Positions 43,701-57,900 of a stretch of DNA of 64,000 nucleotides are shown piece after piece (position 1 is the stretch's first letter; each line of letters begins with the position of its first letter). The position numbers and the translations under genes are program-made. Where the stretch lies: NCBI GenBank assembly GCA_025594325.1, contig JANHCV010000009.1, positions 558,001 to 622,000 of the forward strand, in the 5' to 3' direction. The stretch is from Blastocladiella emersonii ATCC 22665 (Eukaryota; Fungi; Blastocladiomycota). The notes below the pieces were generated by a model, which worked only from the letters and a program-made list of their open reading frames with translations, was not told the origin of the DNA and did no database searches.

Positions 43701-46700
43701 ATGCGGTACTCTGTCGTCCGGTGGTTGCCGAGAGCAGGCCGAAGCGGCAAGAGTTCGAGACCTTGGTCAGCGACGCGAGTGACTAACACGGGACGTCTCG
43801 CAGCAACGTCTCACGCAGTCCACCCCGCCGTGGAGGTGTCGCGTCCGAGTCCAAAACGTGTCTCTAGGTCCACGCGCGAGGCGGCGGTGGACTGCTGAAG
43901 CCCATGCGCCAGACCGACACAGCGACGCGGACGAGCAGGGCCTCGGCTCGCACGCGCACGCAAGCGCAGGAAGACGACCGCGAAGGCGATCCAGACCTCA
44001 AACCGTGGCGCGCGGATGCGCGAGAGCCTGTCAGCACGGTGCGTGTAACGATTGACGCCACGGAGCTCAGGCGGGGCACGGTGCGGCCGCGCGACACGCT
44101 CAGTGCTGCCAGTGCCGGATCCAGCCGGTCCACGGCGGCCAGGGCATGGAGGACACTCGGGAGACATAATGCAGCAAGTGATTGTAGATTTCCATTCGAT
44201 GCGTTCGCGGCAGAGCGGCATCAGGGGGAGAGCGGGGACCGCCGGCTTGACGTGGCGGCGTTCATGGCGGGCCCGGGCTCACCGACGTCCCACCGTGAGC
44301 GTCGCGGGCAGCACTTCAGCCCAGGCTTCAGCCAAGCAACGCTCAAGCATGGTCGGCGAGTGCATCAAAAAGTCGAGACGCGAGGATCGCGTGAGGCGAC
44401 GCGGAGACGACGCGTGTTTGCGAAGGCAAGGGCGGGCGTGCGTGTTGCGTCGGAACGCGTCCTCGGACGTCAGGAAGCAGTTGCAGCGCTTGCCGATCCA
44501 AACTCACCTCAATCTCCTCGATCTCATGGAGCAAAATGGAAGACGGCCGCCATCGAGCCCAGCGGCGACGCGATGGAGCCGTTAGGCAAGTGGCCCGCTG
44601 CAGGCCGGGACGGACGTGTTGCCGCGACACGGCTCGGGCCGCCGGACTCGTTCGTGAGCGCCATGAAGACCATGGGGATGCTATGTGGATGCCGGCGAGT
44701 CTGCGGTGCGAGTGCTGGAGGCGGAAACGATGGGGCGCATCGGCAGGTCGGAGCAGGTCCGGGACGTCGGTCGTCCCTGAGCCGGATCCTCGCTCGCATG
44801 ACTGCCCCAGCGCGTCGTGGACAATGTCTCTCAAGCTCACGGGTGCCGGTCGAGGCCGCTGTGCCCGCAACACCGGCAATGCGGGTCCCGAACGCGCAGA
44901 GGGCGGTAGCCTGTCGGGGCGGCCGCGGGAGCGCCGTTGCGGGCAGTCGCGCAGGTTCGATGCGGTCCATGATACCGCGGGACGCCTGTGAACGCGCCGG
45001 CGAGGCGGAGAGCTGGAGGCGGGACGGCCGCCGTGGTGAGCGTGCGTGAGAAGCGGGGTGACGCCATGGCGCGTGCCGTGCGGCTGTGGCGCAACGCGCT
45101 CGCGCTGAGACGCGGCCTTGGACCCTTTCGCGGCACCATCGAGTGCTTGCGATTGGCGCAAGTACCGACGCAAAGGACTTGGTGGATACTTGTTCAGTTG
45201 CTCTTCACGTCGATGCGAGGCGAAAAACTCCTCGCTTCACGGTCACAGGGAGTCAGGTGCGCGCGCAAAATTGTCTCGCAGCCACCGAAGACGCGTCGCA
45301 CACGCTTGTATCCAGAAACGCGTCGCGCCGACGCGTCGAGCAAGCTTCCTCTCTCATCACACTTATTGATTCCCCGCGATGCCATCGAATCTCCCCCTTC
45401 CGCACGCGCACCGCTGCAACGCTGCCCGCAACTACTCGACGCACACGCCGCCCGTACCGAGGTGCGCGCGTGTCGACGCGCGCGAGCAGGCCGCTCGATC
45501 AACGCGGTCGGTCACCGTCCAGAGCTCCGCGTACCACTATTGCTCGTCGCACGGGACACATGGGGTGGCGGCACTCTCTTCGCAACGCCGTGCGGCGCCA
45601 TCCGCTCCGATCAAGCCCGGTACGCAGACGGTCGAGTCCATGGGTCGCCGTCGATGCCGACCCACGCATCTACCCGTGTATATCGACCCAGCGTCGCCAC
45701 GCGCCCTCCGCATCCCACTCTTCGCCTCCGCGGGTCCTCAGGCATGCTCGGCAGCTTTGCTACTTCCGGTACGCCAAGGACAGGCTACGCGACATCTGCT
45801 GACGCGACGCACGTCGTTTCTGGCAGGGATCCGCACTCCTCATCAAAATCGGCTGGTACGTGCTCCGACTCGTGGCGCACTCCCCGGATACGCGTCGCCG
45901 TCCGGGATCGATGCGTCAAGATGCAGGTCAAGCTCGGCGCGGATCGCGTGGATCCAGATTGCGGCGGCAGCGGCTCGGTGATGGTACGCGCGTTTTCACA
46001 ACACCCATCGTTCGGCTTGTCACTGACCTGGGTCGGCGGCTTCCGCGTAGCAGCGACGACTTCAAGATCGCGCTCGGCTGTGCTGGCCGCGGCTGCGTCG
46101 ACGGGCTGTTCCGCGACCATCAACTGCTCCTCGTGTTTCTCGCCCAGTTCTCGCGGCAGCAAGACCGCTTCCTTTCGACGTTTGCCTCAAGCACAACGGC
46201 AGTACGTGTCCATGGCCTGTTCGTGGCCGCCATGCACCCGTCGCTTACCCACGTCCGATCCCGTAGTAACCGTTGCGCGGCTGCCCGCGGCGGGGGTTGT
46301 GCGCGCAAGTTCGAGTGACCGAGTCGCTCGACTACTACGGCAACACGCTGCGACGACGCCTCAAGTCGGCCGCGCTCAACGCTCAACGCTCACGTTCCAC
46401 GTAAGGCATGACGCTCGACGGCTCGACTGACCGCGCAGCAGCGCGGCGCGAGTCCAGGACGGCGGGCGGCGTACATTGCCCTGCATGGATGGTACGTGTC
46501 GTCGCATTGTCATTGGTCGTCCACGAAAAGTATCGCTGATGATCACTCGCATCCTGCTGTTGCTGCTTTTCTACAGATCCTCGCCGTGACTCTCGATTCC
46601 GGCGACTCGTGCTCACCGGCAACACACGACGACCTGAGAACCAGTACGCGCGCGTTCAAGGGCAGCAGCATCGGGCATGGGACGGCTCGCGTTCATCAAG

Positions 46701-49700
46701 AAGCTCGCGCTCATCGAGAAGCTCGACACGCACACACTGGTTCGAGGACTCGCTCGTTGGTCGAGATCGAGCGCGCGGCCACGGCCATGGCCATGGTCGT
46801 GACCATCATGACTCGCTCGGTTCGCGGATCGTCCAGCAAGGAGCAGCAGCAGCAGTCCAAGCTGGCCATCGTCGTCGTCCATCCCCAAGACCACGCACGG
46901 CAAGTGCGCAACTCGAACAAGCGGTAGCGTATATGGTACGCGAAGAGTCGGTCGCCATCAACAGAATCGTAACTGACGCGTCGCCCGGAGCTAGGGCGAG
47001 CACAACACACGACTTCTCGGCCGACCAAGACTACGCACGCCGCCGGGTCGGGTCGGGCCGGGGTGAGCCTCACGTACTCGCCGCCGTCGTGGTCGAAGCT
47101 CAACAACTTCCGCTGCTTCGACTACTTCAAGCGGCAGGTCGCCTCGACGTCGCGCGCTCGTTCTAGAATAACAACGGCCGCCTCCATCTCGATCCTCGAC
47201 ACATCGACAGCAGTCCTCGGCCCAGCTCATGCTCAACACGGTGCTGTGCTCTCAACGACGACGACGACTCGACTTCCGCGACAATATCACGCGCGCGTCG
47301 AACACCAAGCTCCGGCCAGCCACGACACGCCGCGCCTCGCCGCGACGCGAACGGCCAGCTCAAGTCGGCGGCGAGCGTCACGCGGCGGGGTCGAAGGTCA
47401 CCATCAGCCTGGGACGTGTCATCGCTTCAGGTCGCAAACCGCGTGAGCACGACCAATCACTCACAACTTGCTCGCTCGTTGCTCCGGCCTAGAAACCCAT
47501 CGTGTGTGACTCGAACAAGTACTCGCGCGACAGTCCGACCACTCTCTCGCAAACGCTTCCATTTGCCGCCGCGTCCATGGCCCATTGCGTGCGTCTACGA
47601 AATGATCCCCCCGCCTCGCGCCAGCGCATCAAGTCGATCCAGGTCAATATCCTCACGCCGCTGACGTTGCCTTGTTCCGCCGCCGCGCCAACTTGGCGGG
47701 AGTACTACTCCAAAAGCACGCTACCGATCTCTTGTCGCCGCGTCGTCACGGGAAACTGACGCGTCGTTCGAGTCTAGAGGGCGGAAATCCCCCGAACGGA
47801 GCGTGGCCGGGGCTCTGTCAGCGCGCGACGGCACCAGCAGCTACTACTCCGACGATTACTACGACACGCACTCGAGTGCGCATCTCGGCCGCATCTCCGC
47901 CGCGAGATCAAGGGCTACGGCTCGGTGATCATCGGCAACCTCGGCCTCGCGCAGCGGCGACGACCACGGCTACGAACTACACGATTGAGATGAACGGCGG
48001 GATGATCGACTGCGAGCTCATCACGATCCACGAGAGTCGACGAGACGACCTACGGCATCAACGAGTCGACCAACAACACTCAGCAGCACTCGAGCAGCAG
48101 ACCTGGAACGTGGCGCCTTCATCTTACAATCACACCTGTGCGCGAGTCCGTGATCGCTGACATCTATTCTCCGCGACCAGCAGTAAATGGAATCCGCGCT
48201 ACTTCTCCTCGCTCGCATCGATCCGACTCATGTTCGCGCGCCGTGCCGCGTAACGACGAGCTACCGCGTCGTTGCTCGCCCGTCCGCGGCCAGCTGTTTG
48301 TTCGCCTCGTACTCGTACACGTACACGGACGGCCTCGGCGGCTGCATCTCCACCACCGCTCCGAGTCATGTACGCGTCGACCGAGACGAGATCAAGCTCA
48401 ACGAGAACCGCGGCCGCGGGCGGATCACACAGCAACTCGGTGATATCGGTACGCGTGGCCGAGTCGAGACGGATCATCCGCACGGCGGCTCATATTGACC
48501 GAGCCGCGCGACTGCATACGCCGTGTAGCCAACTCGACCGGCTTTGAGCCCTGTTTCCTCCGCGCGCCTGTACTCGCCTCCATCCTTGACGCCGCCGCCG
48601 CGACCAGCGATGCTGCACGACGACAATGACTTGTTTCCGCGATGGTACGCTCCACCTCTTCCGCGTGTAGTGGTTACTGCGAATACGGCGGGCTGACGCG
48701 CGCGAACTTGGTTCCTCCGAGTAGGCGCGACGAGTTCAAACGGCATGAACAACTGTCGATCGTGCTGGTACCATCGCTTCTTCTCGAGCACGTCCTGATC
48801 ATTATCCTCCTCCTCGTCGCTCTCACCCATCTACTCCGGCAATCTCGCTCGCTTCGCGTCGTCGTGGCCACCGCCCTGCTCGATGCGTGTCCGCGGTCTC
48901 CCCGTGGTCGCGGCCGTGGCCGCGGATGGCACTGAATGCTCATCACCCGAGCGCCATGCCCCTCAACATTGACGCAACCCGATCAAACCGACTTCGTTCG
49001 CCTCACCAAGACGTGCACGCGCGCGCTGCCCACATGACCGACGCGCCGCGCGTGCAGCTCCAGGCTCGGAGTGCGTGACGTGACCCGGCCCTCACACTCG
49101 GCCACGCGCGCGCGCGCGCTCGAGTCCAAGTCGGCGTCGGCGTCGTGGTCGTGTCGGCGTCGGTGGCGCAGGGCAATGTCCAGCATGGAACGTGTTTTCC
49201 TGGTCGCCGCAACCCCCGCTCATTAGCCGATGATCGATCACTCACGCCTCGCTTGCTCGCTGCGCTGCACTAGTAAAGCTGGCGCCTGGTCCACCGTGCT
49301 CCGAGTCAAAACGGCGACAATCCGACGACGACCATCCGCTTCTTGAGCATCGACGCCGTGATCAACAAGAATGCGACGCGCGCGTCAAGCGCTTCTTCCT
49401 CCGCGTCAACCCGGCTCTGCTTCTCGCCGCCAGCAAGCTTGCCGCGCAGCACGGCGACCAAGACTCGGGTGGATGGCGGGCGAAACTACGATGGGTACGC
49501 AACATCCCGCTCGCTCGTTCGATTACCGGCCACGGATGCTGACGGTTCGCCCGAGTCTAGTGGGATTCGACAACACAAGCAACCCGTGGCGTGGGACATA
49601 CGAAGACCGGCCGACGCGCTTCTTTCGCGGGCGCGAGCGATATACCAGGGAAGTTCAGGGCGCCCAGTTGTAGCATAGCTAGCGAAGTATAGAGTTCCCT

Positions 49701-50231
49701 TCTGCCGTTGATGAAGACGAGGGAACAAGCCGTCTCGACGATGCAGCGATGCCGTTAGGGACGGAATCAGCACGTTCGTGGCGGCTCAGATCCGTGAACC
49801 TTCACGGTCTGAACGCAGTGGCCGAGCGGCTCACACCATGCTCGTGGGCCGATTGCACTTAGTCATGGTCACATTCATTCGCTAGCGTATGCGTAGACAT
49901 CTGCGCTGAGGAGGAGCCGCCGTCGCGAGTTGCGGCTCGAGCAGCTTTGCCTCGCAAGTCCGCGTTTCAAGCCTCCCGCGTGCCGGTCACGCCTTTTTGC
50001 GACGCGTCTCATGTCCCGCACTGGCTCGCCCAAGGTCGGTTGACCTTCCAAAACGGGCCACAGGGCAACGCAAAAGTCCTGCAAGGTGGCCCGCGAGGGC
50101 CCAGTAACGCGCGCGTGCACGCACGCCGGCCGCTTCGCCACACCTTCGTGCGCGTGCGCGCGAGCGAGATGGTGGCGGCAGCGCCCACATGGGTTTCCAC
50201 TGCCGACCCGCCCCAAGCGACCTCGGCAGAG

Positions 50232-50238
50232 TATAAAA
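50232..50238 (+). promoter_or_regulatory. TATA box of lectin paralogue B
   Basis: TATAAAA 89 nt upstream of the ATG in the same flanking context as paralogue A. Confidence 0.65.
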
Positions 50239-50320
50239 CGGGCGGCGGGGTCGCAGAAGGTCGCCGCTCTCCAGTTCACGCCCACTTTCTGCAACGAATC
50301 ATCACGCATCGCGATCGACC

Positions 50321-51647
50321 ATGGCCAAGGGCCTGCTCCTCATCGTGCTGGCCACCCTCGCCGTCGGCGTCCAGCTCGCCGACGCTGCCTGGCGTGAGGT
50401 TTTGTAAGTTTCGAGTTTCTTCCGCCGCCTCGTGTGCGTTTGAACACGTTCTCACTTGTGGATGCTTGGCTCTCGCCACTCGTAGGACCGCTATCACCGC
50501 TCCTCAGTTGGACGACCCTCGTTTTGATAGCTCGGTCCGCGCAACTGGCCCGTGCCTCGAGTTTTTCGAGGGCACAGCAAGTACGCTCTCCGCCATACAC
50601 GATGAGCAACACGTTCTCGGAACTGATCACAACCACTGTCACGGCTAGACGGCCAATCGGCAACTGCGCGACTGTGGGACTGCTCAAACCGCTGGGATGG
50701 AAAGCTGACGCAGACGGACCACACCGTCGGTTACGAGGACACGACGGGCTGGGCCTGGTACGCGTCATCTCACAGAATAGGGAGTAGTATCACCATAACT
50801 CACGCTGGACTCGCCCATCGTGCCAGGATCCGCCACCGCCACAACAACGTCGACTACTGCCTCGACGTCGCGGAGGGCAAGGCCTTTGACGGCGCGGCCG
50901 TCCGCTGGTGGAAGTGGTACGGGTCAAGACGTGCTATTGTCGCCTGTGCGCGGTGTATCTCACGCCGTGCGTGCGCGCGAAATCGCTTTTAGCAACGGGA
51001 GCCGCGCGCAGGCCTGGTACCTTCCGACTGGAAAGGACAAGGGTCAAGTGCGATCCGACCTCAACTTCGATCTGTGCCTCCAAGGGGCAGTTTGTACGTT
51101 ATTCTCTGCGCATCGAATCGATCCGTCAATCTCAGGCGCTGCTCTAACCAGCACGATCGTAGACGATCCCTGGGTCGGCTCAAGTTCTGCACTCCTCCAA
51201 CTCAGCACGTGCGAGAAGATCGAACCAGGGCAACGCCCCGACGACCGCCAGCAGTTTGACGTGCGCATGGGCAAGGGGTTCTCGAACGGAGCGTCCCGCA
51301 TGAACTTTGACTGCAACTACAAGAAGTCCCTCACGCCCGGCCTTTACTGCTCGTTCACATGCAAGCCGAACTGGCTGTGGAAGCACTACTTGTACGAGGG
51401 TGTCACGTACTCGTGCCGGCGCGCCCCGCAAGAGTGGGAGGAGTGCATGTCAAGCCTCGATCCTGCCGAGTACAGGCATGACTCGAGCCCCGGAATCTCG
51501 TGCGAGTGCAAGTGCCAGCCGTGGCTCTCGCGTGACAAGAGTATTGGCGGGTCCCCGGTCCCGGGGCTCGAGCGTGTGGGCGGCAAGCCTCGGGCTGTTG
51601 CTCCAGTGGCCGCCGCGCCGACGCTGGCCGTGGGCGGCGCGCACTAG
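50321..51647 (+). CDS. Secreted ricin-B lectin-like protein + 8-Cys C-terminal domain, paralogue B, 6 exons
   Basis: Same signal peptide and intron phases as paralogue A. Introns 50404-50485, 50581-50648, 50758-50826, 50917-50992, 51094-51162. Confidence 0.8.
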
Positions 51648-51956
51648 TCGGTGGTCGCCCAGGTGCGGCCACGGCCGCCTCATCCTCCTTGTGTGTCTCT
51701 TCATTAAACAACATAGAATTTTCAGTTCTCTGATCCTCTTCGCCTCGCGTGTGCTCCATGCTACCAGTGATTTTGCTCGGGTCGGAGAGAGCGAGGACGC
51801 GACGCGTTTGTGGCGCCTGCATCATCGCGTGATGTCTCCGCCGGCCGCCAACGTCTCCGCTTCCGCCGCGCTCCTGCCCCCCTCCCCGCCACCGCCCATG
51901 CATCACTCTCTCGCGATCGCAACTCGCCGCAACGCACTCTGAACCAACGACACACC

Positions 51957-54900
51957 ATGGACGCGGCGGTCGACGCCGTCCTCGGGCTCATCGCCACCTT
52001 CTCGGGCGGCACCACCGCGCCCGTCGCGGACCTCCCGCCCGCCTCGGATGCCGCCATCCGCACCTTCCTCGACCGCGGCACCGGCCGCCTGGTGCTCGCC
52101 TGGTCCATGCACACTACCGCGGGGACCGGCTCCCCGCTGCGCGCCGTGCACCTCGCCGCGCCCGCGAGCGTGTCCGCCGACTCGGCCGTTGCCGCCGTGT
52201 TCCCCGCCTCGGCTGCTGCGACGCACGCGCTCACGCTCGAGCCTATCGGCGCGCTAAATCTCGCGCGCCCGCTGTTCCCGCAGCTGCGCGTGAACTTTCT
52301 CCCGCTCGCACCACCACCACCCGCCGCCGCACCACCGACGCAGCGGCAGCATCCGCACGCGCTCCGCCGCGCGGCCCTCCGCCGCAACACGCAGCGCGCG
52401 TGGCACCAGTTCGCTCTCGGCGCGGCCGCATACCGCACCGAGCTCGCTGACAGTGTTGTTGTGGGGACCGCCGTCACGCCCGCGGTCGACGGGCTCGTCC
52501 GCGTCGCCCGCGCGCTCGGCGCGCCGCACTCGCTGGTCCCCGAGCCGCACCCCGGCTGTGACTCGTTCGACGCCGAGGTTGACAGCGAGGAGGAGGCGGT
52601 TGAGGCCGAGTCGGAGCCCATGGACGGCATCGTGGGCGACGACGAGGGTGACGGTGAACCGGCGGGCCCGCTCGAGACGACCGGCATGGCGCTCTTCTTC
52701 GACAAGCTGGCCGAGCTCGAGAAGCGCGCGCAGGCCGCTGCCGGCGACGACGAGGAGGACGAGGAGGAAGCGTACTCGCTCGACGACCTGCTCAACGGCG
52801 TCGGGCTCGACCCCATGGAGCTCGACTCGTCTTCCTTCGAAACCGACGACGAGGCCGAGGCCGAGTCCGAGTCCGCCGGGCCACCCGCCCCCGCCGCTCC
52901 CGCCTACACGCGCGCGCAGGGCCAGGCCGCGCTCGACGAGTACGTCGTGTACCGGCGCGTGACGTGGCAGGAGACGGAGCGCCCACGCATCGTCGCGTCG
53001 CGCGCCTCGCTCGTCCGCGCCAACCGCGCGCGCCGCGTGCGCCTGCAGGACGAGCTCGACGATATCAACCAGACGGCGCTCCCGCGGCTCCAGGCCAAGA
53101 TCCTCGACAACACCACGTCGCTCGCCGCCGTCCTCGCCGCCCAGTCTGCACTCGACTACTACGTCGACACGGCGTGTCTCAACGCGGCCATCCTCGAGTT
53201 TCTCGACGCGCCGCCCGAGGTGGTGGAGGCGGGCGAGAAGGAGGGGATGGACGTGGATGCGCCGTCGTCGTTGTGGGTCGTGGCGGAAGAGGAAGAGGAC
53301 GGGGCCGAGGGTGAGGATGACGGCGATGACGTGGACATGGACGACGCGTCCTCGACCTTCTCTGCGTCGGACTCGGATACCGCCGAGCCGTACGACGCCG
53401 ACTTCATCGATGACACCGACGCGCACCTCGACTCGTCGGCGCGCGTGCTCACGTCGGCCGAGTCGCGCCGCGCCATGGAGGCCGCGCAGAACAAGCTGCT
53501 CGCCGACGTGCAGTCGCTGCTCGAGCGGTACACGCCCGAGCAGTCGCTCCTCGAGGAGGTGCTCAAGTTCGCCGCCGAGACCGCCATGGGCCGCCGCTCG
53601 TGCTCGTCGGGTGCCGCGCTTTGGTTCCTCAAGGCCCACCACGACGCCGTGTGCGGCGAGATCGCGCGCAGCGGCGAGGGACCGCTCCCGCTCCAAAAGT
53701 CGTGGGAGCGCGCCGTCAAGGACCTCCATTCCAAGCTCGCTGCCCTCGAGCGCGCCAAGGCCGAGCGCGAGGCCGCCGAGCGCAGAAAGGAGGCCGAGCG
53801 GCTGCGCCGCGCCCACATGGAGCGGATTTTGGCGGTCGAGCCGCTCACCGTGCAGCATGCGATCCCCGACCGGCTGTCCGAGGCCGCGTTCGCCGAGCTG
53901 TTCGAGCCGAGCAACGTACGTCATCTCTTGGTCCCTGTGGTGCTCCCGCATCGATTGCTGACGCTGCGAACCAGGTCAACGTCGCCTCGCGCGGACCGCC
54001 AGTGTACATTCCCAAGTTCCTCGAGTCGCGGCTGCAGAACCACCAGGTACGCTCCCACCCCCACCTTCGCACGCGAGACACCAGCGCTCACGTCCCACCA
54101 CCGTGTAGATCCAGGGCGTCAAGTTCATGTGGCGCCGCGTGGTCGACGAGCGGAGCGGCGCGATCCTGGCGCACGCCATGGGGCTCGGCAAGTCGCTGCA
54201 GATCGTGACCTTCATGTCGACGATCCTGGTCGCGCTGCACCAGCAGCCCTGCGCGCTCCCCGACCACCTGCGGTCGCGCCGGTTCATTGTCGCGTGCCCG
54301 AAAACCGTGTCGCCCAACTGGAAGGCCGAGGTCGAGAAGTGGGTCGACAAGCCGCGCCGCGACGCGCTCGGCCTCGACGTGTACGCGCTCGACACGGCCA
54401 CCATCGAGCACCGCGCCGACGTCGTCCGCAAGTGGCACAAGCGCGGCGGCGTCCTCGTCGTGTCGTATTTCCGGCTCAAGGCCATCGTCATGCCCGCGAA
54501 CCGCGGCGGCGCGGACGCGGCGACGTTGGCGGCGAACGGGCGGCCCGAGCCCGTCGTCGACCCGCTGGTCCTCGAGATGCGGCAGAAGCTCCTGGGCGAC
54601 GCGTCGCTGCTGGTCATGGACGAGGCGCACATTGCCAAGAACATCGAAGCGCAGGTGACGCGCATGTTCGTCGAGCACCTGAGCGGGCGCGCCGGCCGCA
54701 TCGCGCTGACGGGCACGCCGCTGCAGAACAACCTGAGCGAGTACTACACGCTGTCGAACCTGGTGGCGCCCGGGTCGCTCGGGTCCGAGTCGCAGTTCGA
54801 CTCGATCAAGCGGCCGATCATGGCGGGCCAGAACCCCGAGTGCTCGGGCGTCCAGAAGCGCGCCGCCGAGTACGCCCTGGTCCTGCTGTCGTCGACGCTC

Positions 54901-57900
54901 GACGAGTTCGTGTGCCGCGTCGACAACTCCATCCTCAAGGTCCAGCTCCCCGCGCTCCACGAGGTCGTCCTGTTCCTCGATCTCACCCAGCTCCAGCGCG
55001 ACGTGATCCGCCTCCTGTTCCGCACCGTGTCCGGCGACGAGCAGACCACCATGAAGCTCGGGCACAGCCTCTTGCGCATCTTCGCCCACCCCGTCATCCA
55101 GTGCTCCAAGATCCGCGAAAAGGCCGAGCAGAAGCACCAGCTGCTCCAGTCGGCGACCGCCGCGGCTGCTGAGGTCGTCGCCGCGCCGGTGCCCGTGCCC
55201 ACGGGCACCAACACGCTCGTCTCCGAGGTGGTCCAGCCCAACGGCCGCATCGTGATTGACGTCGACGCCGAGATCGAGGCCGAGCAGGGGCTCGCGTCGG
55301 TCGAGGAGTGTACGCCTTTTGCTTGGGTTCGCTCCGATTGGCGCACTAACTCACCTTCACCGTACCATGTAGCCGATCCCACGCCGCAGTCCGGCAGCCT
55401 CAGCCTCGAGGACATGCAGTTCGTGCGCGACGTCGAGTCGAAGCCCGGGTTCCAGTCGCTCGAGCACTCGTACAAGCTGAGCGTGGCGATCGCCATCGTC
55501 AAGCAGGCGCGCGCCGGCGGTGAAAAGTCGCTCATCTTCTCGCACTACACGACGACGCTCGATTTCGTCGCCAAGACGCTCGAGGACAACGGGATCGGGC
55601 ACGCCGTGATCAAGGGCACCATGTCGCCCGACGCGCGCGAGAAGGGCATCAAGCGGTTCTCGACCGACCCCGCGTGCTCCGTGTTCCTCATCTCCACCAC
55701 GGCTGGCGCTACGGGGATCAACCTCATTGCGGCGAGCCGCGTGATTATCCTCGACAGCTCGTGGAATCCGGGTATGCTGCGCGCGATTGCAAGAGAGCGG
55801 GACGATCGTGACTGACTTGCGGGCGACCGTGTGCAGTTCACGAGGAGCAGGCCATCGGACGCGCGTACCGGCTCGGGCAGCGGCGCGAGGTGTTCATCTA
55901 CCGCCTCTTCATCGACGACACGTACGACTCGGCGCTGTTCGCGGACCAGGTGCGCAAGAGCACGCTCGCGCGGCAGGCGCTCGACAAGGAGAAGCTCCAG
56001 TCGCTGCAGGCGCGCGGCAAGATCACGGCCTTCTTCAACCGCGACAAGGTCGTCGCCCGCCTCGCCAAGGTCCTGCCGCTGCAGCCGCCGCAGCCCGCGA
56101 TCCTCGAGCGCGACGCGGTCCTCAACCACCTCATCGCCAGCACGCCGAGGTGCGGGATCGTCCGTGTCGAGCCCATGTCCGAGTTCTTTGCCGAGCAGAG
56201 CATCCCCGAGCTCAACGCACGGCTCAACAACCACGCGAAATCGCTCGCGTCCAAGATCCGCGCGGATATCCGGAACGGCAAGTCCGCCATCTTCTCGCTC
56301 CCGCAGGACAACGAGCTCGTCGAGACCGACGCCGCCATGCTCGCTGCGCGGAACGCGGCTGTTGAGGCCGCCGTATTCACCGAGGCCAACTTCACGAACG
56401 GCGTGGGGCCGGGACGCGACCGCATCGGCCCGCCCAGCTCCACGTCGTCGTCCGCGGCTGCATCGCCCGCCATGACGTCCGCGGCGTCGTCGCGCCCGTC
56501 GTCGCGCCCGCCCTCGACTACGCCGCCCGTCAACGGACCAAGGCCGGGATCCGCGCAGCCGCCAACGCGCCAGCAGCATCCGCACCCGCATCCCCCGCGA
56601 CAACCCGCGCACCAGCAGCAGCAGCAGCAACGGGCGCCGCATCCCGCGACGCATCTGCAGCAACAGGCCCCGCCCCGCCAGCGCGTACCCTCGCTCACGG
56701 CCCCGATCGCCGTGCTCTACACCAAACCCGCCGCAACGGGTTCCACGCAGCAGCAACCACCAGCGGCGGCGGCCGCGCCACCGCGCGTGCGCAAACAGTC
56801 GCTCATCGAGCCCGTCATCTTCAAGGGCGGCGACGCGAGCGGCAGCCGCCCGCGGCGCAACTCGACGCCCACGGGGCTCTCGAACCCGCCGCCCCCGGCG
56901 CAGCAGCAACACCTCCAGAACCTGCAGAAGGTGCTCGACTCGAGCGCGGTGACGGGCGCTGTCGGTAAGCCCGTGGCGCCGCCGGTCGCTTCGCCGCGCC
57001 CGCGGAATGTCGTCGCGGCGGCGGTGCCGAGTCCCGCGCCGGGAGCAGCGGCAGCGGCAGCGGTAGCGAGTGCTGCGTCGGTATCACAACCGCCACCAGC
57101 ACCTGTACCACGGCCCGCACCGGCTGCTGCTGCTGCTGCGCCTGCCGCTCCCGCGCCGGCTCCAGCATCTCGACCACCGGCACCAGCACCCGCGCCCGCG
57201 TCACGGCCTGCATCCGCTACGGCTGTGCCAGCACCCACGTCTCGGCCGACGAGTGCACCCGCTTCAGCACCAGCAGCGCCCGCACAAGCACCACATGCGC
57301 CGACACCCGCTCCCGCCTCCGCTCCCGCCCCCGCTCCTGCGCCAGCGCCTGTCCCGCGCGTCGTCGTCCCGCGCACCGTCAACGTGTCGGACCCCAAACC
57401 CGCCGCTTCCACCAACGGCGGCACCTCGAACGGCAGCAGCACCGGTCCCGCTCCGCCCATCCCCGTGCGCCTGATCTCAATGCCGAGCTCCGCGTTCGCG
57501 CGCCCTCCTCCTTCGCGCATCTCGACCACCACGACGGGTGCGGCCGAGTCGCGCCGGTCCACGTCGCCGCCCAACCCGAACCCACCAACGGGCTCGGGCG
57601 CGTCCGCGTCGCGGTCACCCGCGCGTGCATCGGTCTCGCCGCCGGTACCGCCGCCGCGGATCATCACGAAAGCGGCGTCGAGCGGTAGCAGGGTCACGGA
57701 GACGATTGACTTGACGGGGCTCTCGCCGACGTCGCCCGAGCCGAAGAAGCCGCTACCACCAAGGCCGGCAGCAGCGGCAGCGGCGCCGTCCCAGGTCGTG
57801 TACATTCTTGGGTCGGACGACGATGACGACGAGATCTCGGCCGAGCCATCGTCGTCCAGCGCGGGTCCAAGTAGCGCCGCGGTGGCTGCGCCGTCTACCT

